Below the pieces are notes generated by a model. It ran no database searches. It was not told where the DNA came from and saw only the letters and a program-made list of their open reading frames with translations. A DNA stretch of 57,477 nucleotides from Candidatus Nealsonbacteria bacterium. Its GTDB lineage: Bacteria; Patescibacteriota; Minisyncoccia; Minisyncoccales; PWPS01. The stretch spans positions 1 to 57,477 of the forward strand of contig PWJI01000018.1 of the NCBI GenBank assembly GCA_003560095.1, in the 5' to 3' direction. Of this stretch, positions 53,618 to 57,477 are shown piece after piece (positions within the stretch are counted from its first letter, which is position 1; every line of letters begins with the position of its first letter). Position numbers and translations under genes: made by a program.

Positions 53618-54694
53618 TTACTCAATATTGATTTTTTCTGTTATTTCGCGCTCCTTGGCTTCTTGGAGCGCTTTTATTATATCATTTAAATCTCCTTCAA
53701 GTATTTCTTCAAGCTTGTACCAACTTTGTTCTATTCGGTGATCGGTCACTCTATTTTGCATAAAATTATACGTTCTTATTTTTTCTGAACGCATTGCGTC
53801 TCCTATTTGAGATTTCCTTTCTTTTTCTTCTTTTTCTTGTTTTTTTCTTTGTTTTTCTTGAAGTATTTTTGCTTCCAGCACGGAAAGGGCTGTTTCTTTG
53901 TTTTGCTGCAGGCTTCTTTCGTTTTGAGATGTAACTACAATACCCGTTGGTTTATGAATAATTCTTATAGCTGTTTCTCTTTTATTTACATATTGCCCTC
54001 CCGGGCCGGAAGATTTGCAAGTTTCGGTATCAATATCTTGTGGATTAATCTTTACCTTTCCTTTAACCGGCTCTGGCAAGACAGCAACCGATGCCGTTGA
54101 GGTATGAACTCTTCCTGCTTTTTCTGTTTCAGGAACTCTTTGTACTCGATGAACTCCGGCTTCGTATTGCATTAAAGAAAATGGACTATTTCCTTTCATT
54201 TTAAAACTAACAAACTTATAGCCTCCTTTTTCTGTCTTACTTTCATCCATTATCTTAACATCCATATTTTTTTCTTGTGCAAATCTTTTATACATTTCAA
54301 GAAGGTTTCCTGCAAAGATTGAAGCTTCATCTCCTCCTGCCCCGGCTCTTATTTCAATAATAATATTTTTACTAAAACTTTCTTTACTTGGGTTGTTTTC
54401 TTTTTCATACAAAAGAATCTTCAATTTATATATAATATCTTCTTTTTCTTTTAGAAGTTTTTCGTTTTCTTCTTTTGCTATTTTGGTTAATTCTTCATCT
54501 TCATTGTTTTTTATTATTTCACTGTTTTCATTAATTCTTCTTTTGATGTTATCTAGTTCTTTCTTTTTTTCGACAATCTCTTCAAGTTGTTTTTTTTGCT
54601 CACCCAAAGAATCCCAATCTTTTACTTTTTCCGGTTGGGATAATTTTTCCATTAATTCGTTGTACTCCTTTTGAATTTTTTCTAGATTTGACAT
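53618..54694 (-). CDS. prfA: peptide chain release factor 1
   Basis: RVQRVPETEKAGRVHTS (PxT motif) and SGPGGQYVNK. Confidence 0.92.
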   Translation of the reverse strand: MSNLEKIQKEYNELMEKLSQPEKVKDWDSLGEQKKQLEEIVEKKKELDNIKRRINENSEIIKNNEDEELTKIAKEENEKLLKEKEDIIYKLKILLYEKENNPSKESFSKNIIIEIRAGAGGDEASIFAGNLLEMYKRFAQEKNMDVKIMDESKTEKGGYKFVSFKMKGNSPFSLMQYEAGVHRVQRVPETEKAGRVHTSTASVAVLPEPVKGKVKINPQDIDTETCKSSGPGGQYVNKRETAIRIIHKPTGIVVTSQNERSLQQNKETALSVLEAKILQEKQRKKQEKEEKERKSQIGDAMRSEKIRTYNFMQNRVTDHRIEQSWYKLEEILEGDLNDIIKALQEAKEREITEKINIE

Positions 54695-54730
54695 GATTTA
54701 GGAAATTAACTTAAATTTTAAGTTAATATT

Positions 54731-54764
54731 AAAACAAAACTCCCGCAAATGAAAATAAGGGGAG
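54731..54764 (-). terminator. intrinsic terminator/attenuator between rpmE and prfA
   Basis: On the minus strand, ctcccc..gggag hairpin followed by ttttgtttt. Confidence 0.55.
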
Positions 54765-54780
54765 CTTGTTTTTGGTTTGG

Positions 54781-54990
54781 CTATTTTTTCTTTTTTGCCA
54801 TTTTTTGTTTGAACTTTTCCACCCTTCCCATTGTATCGAGAATTTTTCTTTTTACGGTATAAAAAGGATGACAAGAAGAGCAAACTTCCACTTTGGTTTT
54901 TTCTTTTGTTGATCCCATAGAAAAAGATGCTCCGCAAGAACAAACGGTTTCTGCTTTTTCGTAGTATTTTGGATGAATTTCTTTTTTCAT
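54781..54990 (-). CDS. rpmE: ribosomal protein L31 (Zn-binding type)
   Basis: [10 protein letters not shown]...CSCG...CSSCHPFYT. Confidence 0.9.
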   Translation of the reverse strand: MKKEIHPKYYEKAETVCSCGASFSMGSTKEKTKVEVCSSCHPFYTVKRKILDTMGRVEKFKQKMAKKKK

Positions 54991-55055
54991 AGTTTGGTTT
55001 TTTTAATCTTGCGCGTAAATGATAACAAAAAAATAAATAAAAAGCAAGAAAAATA

Positions 55056-55083
55056 TTGATTCTTATTTCAAATGTGCTATACT
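55056..55083 (+). promoter_or_regulatory. rpsB-tsf promoter with extended -10
   Basis: TTGATT (55056-55061), 16-nt spacer including TGc, TATACT (55078-55083). Confidence 0.6.
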
Positions 55084-55215
55084 CGAAAACAATAAAATCA
55101 ATTTCAATACTATATTGATTTGTGTGGTTATTATTAACTCTTACTTGAAACTGCAAGAGCAGTTTGTTTGTTTGTAGTTTGCAATATTAAATTTTATAAC
55201 GATAGAAAAAATAAA

Positions 55216-55914
55216 ATGAAAATTAAAGAAGAGAAAAATAATGTAAGTTCAAAAACAGAAGAAATGGCTAAGGCTGGCTTGCACTTTGGGCAGGGAGTTT
55301 CAAAGAGGCACCCAAAAATGGATCCTTTCATTGAAGGAGTAAAGGGTTCTGTACATATTATAGACTTAAAAACAACAGAGAAAAAGTTAGAAGAAGCCTT
55401 AAATTATTTTAAAAAAGCAAAAGAAGAGGGGAAGACTGTGATGTTTGTTTCGACGAAACCGGAGTTTCGAAAAATAGTAAAAGAAACTGCGGAGGCCTGC
55501 AGGATGCCTTATGTTGTTAATCGTTTCCTGGGAGGCACAATTACTAATTTTAATACAATTAAGAAAAGAATAGATTATTATAACGACTTATTAAGGCAGT
55601 CTGAGAGTGGAGAACTTGAAAGAAAATACACAAAACAGGAAAGAGTTAAAATATATAAAGAAATGGAAGGATTAAAAAAGAACTTTGAGGGAACAAGAGA
55701 GATGAAGAAAGTTCCGGACATTATTTTTGTCGTTGATATGGTAAAAGATAAGTTGGCAATTAAGGAAGCAAAAATGCGTGATATTACTGTTGTTGGAATT
55801 GCTGATACTAACGTAGATCCTACGGTCGCTGACTATTTTATTCCGGCAAACGATGACTCAATTAGTGCGGTTAGTTATATCTTGGGAAAAATAAAAGAAA
55901 CCTTAGAGGCCTAA
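55216..55914 (+). CDS. rpsB: ribosomal protein S2
   Basis: AGLHFGQ and the VDPTVADYFIPANDDS pattern. ATG 55216 is preferred over the upstream TTG. Confidence 0.9.
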   Translation: MKIKEEKNNVSSKTEEMAKAGLHFGQGVSKRHPKMDPFIEGVKGSVHIIDLKTTEKKLEEALNYFKKAKEEGKTVMFVSTKPEFRKIVKETAEACRMPYVVNRFLGGTITNFNTIKKRIDYYNDLLRQSESGELERKYTKQERVKIYKEMEGLKKNFEGTREMKKVPDIIFVVDMVKDKLAIKEAKMRDITVVGIADTNVDPTVADYFIPANDDSISAVSYILGKIKETLEA

Positions 55915-55963
55915 AAGATAATTAAATTTATTTAGATTATTAGTAATAATTTTAATTAAAAAA

Positions 55964-56548
55964 ATGTCAAACATTGAAGAGGTAAAAAAACTTCGAGAAG
56001 AAACCGGTGTTTCAATGATGGAATGTAAAAAAGCACTGGAAGAAAATAATAACGATATCGAGAAAGCAAAAAAGGCGCTTCGAGAAAGAGGAGAGGAGCT
56101 TGCTGGAAAAAGAGCGGGTAGAGAAACAGGGGAGGGTGTTGTTGCAAGCTATATTCACTCAAATCAGAAATTGGGAGTATTGGTTGATGTTCGCTGTGAG
56201 TCTGATTTTGTTGCAAAGTCCGATGATTTTAAATCTTTTGCGCATGAAATTTGTTTGCAGGTTGCTGCTGCAAGACCCGAGTATTTAAATGAAGAAGAAA
56301 TTCCAAGTAAAGTTATTGAAGAAGAAAAGCAAATTATTTTAAAACAAGAAGAAGGGTCTAATAAGCCGGAAAATATAATGAACCAAATCGTAGAAGGAAG
56401 AATTAAAAAGTTTAAAAAAGAAAAAGTTCTTCTCTGTCAGTCTTGGGTGAAAGATGAAAAAAAGACAATAGAAAATTTGCTTAACGAAAAAATTGCAAAG
56501 ATTGGAGAAAAAATTGTAATAAAAAGATTTGAACGTTTTGAGATATAA
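55964..56548 (+). CDS. tsf: elongation factor Ts (short form)
   Basis: VKKLREETGVSMMECKKAL (UBA-like N-domain), SYIH and the DFVAKS pattern. Confidence 0.9.
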   Translation: MSNIEEVKKLREETGVSMMECKKALEENNNDIEKAKKALRERGEELAGKRAGRETGEGVVASYIHSNQKLGVLVDVRCESDFVAKSDDFKSFAHEICLQVAAARPEYLNEEEIPSKVIEEEKQIILKQEEGSNKPENIMNQIVEGRIKKFKKEKVLLCQSWVKDEKKTIENLLNEKIAKIGEKIVIKRFERFEI

Positions 56549-56553
56549 AAATT

Positions 56554-56847
56554 ATGTTGATTTCTTTTATTGTTTTTGGAGTTAGTTTTTTGGGTATTTT
56601 TGTTTTCTTAATTCTTAAGATGCCAATTCTTGCAGAAATTCAAGAAACTAAAAAATTATCAGGAACGGATTATCCAATTAAAACCAAAATTGAAGAAGGA
56701 GTTAGAAGAGAAATCAAAGAGAGGTTTGAAGATTTCCTTCATAGAGTTCTTTCCGGATTACGGAAAATTATTCTTAAGATTGAGAAAACGGTAGCAGATT
56801 GGCTGAGTATGTTAAAAAAGAAGAAAGAAAAAGACGACAAGAAATAA
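56554..56847 (+). CDS. hypothetical small TM protein
   Basis: ORF with an N-terminal TM. No motif recognised. Confidence 0.45.
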   Translation: MLISFIVFGVSFLGIFVFLILKMPILAEIQETKKLSGTDYPIKTKIEEGVRREIKERFEDFLHRVLSGLRKIILKIEKTVADWLSMLKKKKEKDDKK

Positions 56848-56861
56848 CGTTAGCATGGATT

Positions 56862-56934
56862 GCCGGTGTAGCTCAGTGGCCAGAGCAGCTGTTTTGTAAA
56901 CAGCAGGCCGTGGGTTCGAATCCCACCGCCGGCT
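56862..56934 (+). tRNA. tRNA-Thr (anticodon UGU)
   Basis: Acceptor GCCGGTG/CGCCGGC, anticodon loop TTTGTAA and T-loop TTCGAAT. No encoded CCA. Confidence 0.9.
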
Positions 56935-56940
56935 CATGAT

Positions 56941-56968
56941 TTGACAAGTTTTTGATTTTATGTACAAT
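56941..56968 (+). promoter_or_regulatory. candidate rRNA operon promoter
   Basis: TTGACA (56941-56946), 16-nt spacer ending in TG, TACAAT (56963-56968). Confidence 0.6.
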
Positions 56969-57093
56969 TATTTCCAGCACTTTAAAAATTTATCCTTTGA
57001 GGAAGGAGCATATAGAGGCTCCTTCGAGTCAGTTTCTTAAAGTTGCTTCGAATATTATTTGAAGAATTTTAATTCTAGATGGATTAATCTCTT

Positions 57094-57477
<384 letters not shown>

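Noticed and set aside
54698-55156. ORF 54698..55156 (-), 152 aa
   Set aside because: It overlaps rpmE in another frame and spans the rpsB promoter. It is low-complexity, and rpmE is clearly the real gene.

Overview
The window is a visibly AT-rich, gene-dense and mostly co-directional bacterial chromosome segment. Three lines of evidence suggest a reduced-genome fermentative bacterium of the Patescibacteria/CPR type, which is an inference. First, the proteins are Lys/Glu-rich and many are TM-anchored acidic hypotheticals. Second, the metabolism includes a [FeFe]-hydrogenase, ADP-forming acetyl-CoA synthetase, PEP synthase and partial glycolysis. Third, no respiratory genes are present. I saw no transposase, integrase, phage genes or CRISPR array. 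Core content is as follows. Translation: lepA, prfB with the classical +1 frameshift, prfA, rpmE, rpsB-tsf, rplY, ychF, obg, truB. Division and envelope: murJ, an FtsB-like gene, ftsEX, ftsZ, a PBP5-type carboxypeptidase, an SLT-type lytic transglycosylase. Thiol redox: trxB, a Trx-fold/DsbD-like fusion, a VKOR-partner-type Trx domain, a glutaredoxin-like protein, desulfoferrodoxin. Other modules: an AMMECR1/Memo-like/radical-SAM operon, a HydB-like + HydA hydrogenase pair, and a 12-kb carbon/energy cluster (eno, gpmI, gap, acdBA, ppaC, ppsA, pfkB, fba, fdx). RNA genes: RNase P RNA, tRNA-Thr(CGU), tRNA-Gln(CUG), tRNA-Thr(UGU), and the first ~380 nt of 16S rRNA. Five observations are not explained by these features. 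(1) A GC-rich, hairpin-dense 200-265 nt segment is fused to the 3' end of tRNA-Gln and ends in tandem intrinsic terminators. (2) A ~100 nt GC-rich tRNA-like remnant or three-way junction lies between tRNA-Thr and the prfB ATG. (3) Almost every gene lacks a Shine-Dalgarno sequence and several look leaderless, yet three small Cys-rich regulator-like proteins carry strong SDs, and the two zf-HC2-like ones also have consensus promoters. (4) A 98-nt element is closed by 14-nt inverted repeats upstream of a U32 peptidase gene. (5) A GalU-like paralog next to ftsZ has a destroyed GXGTR motif. All functional calls come from motif recognition by eye. No database search was run.
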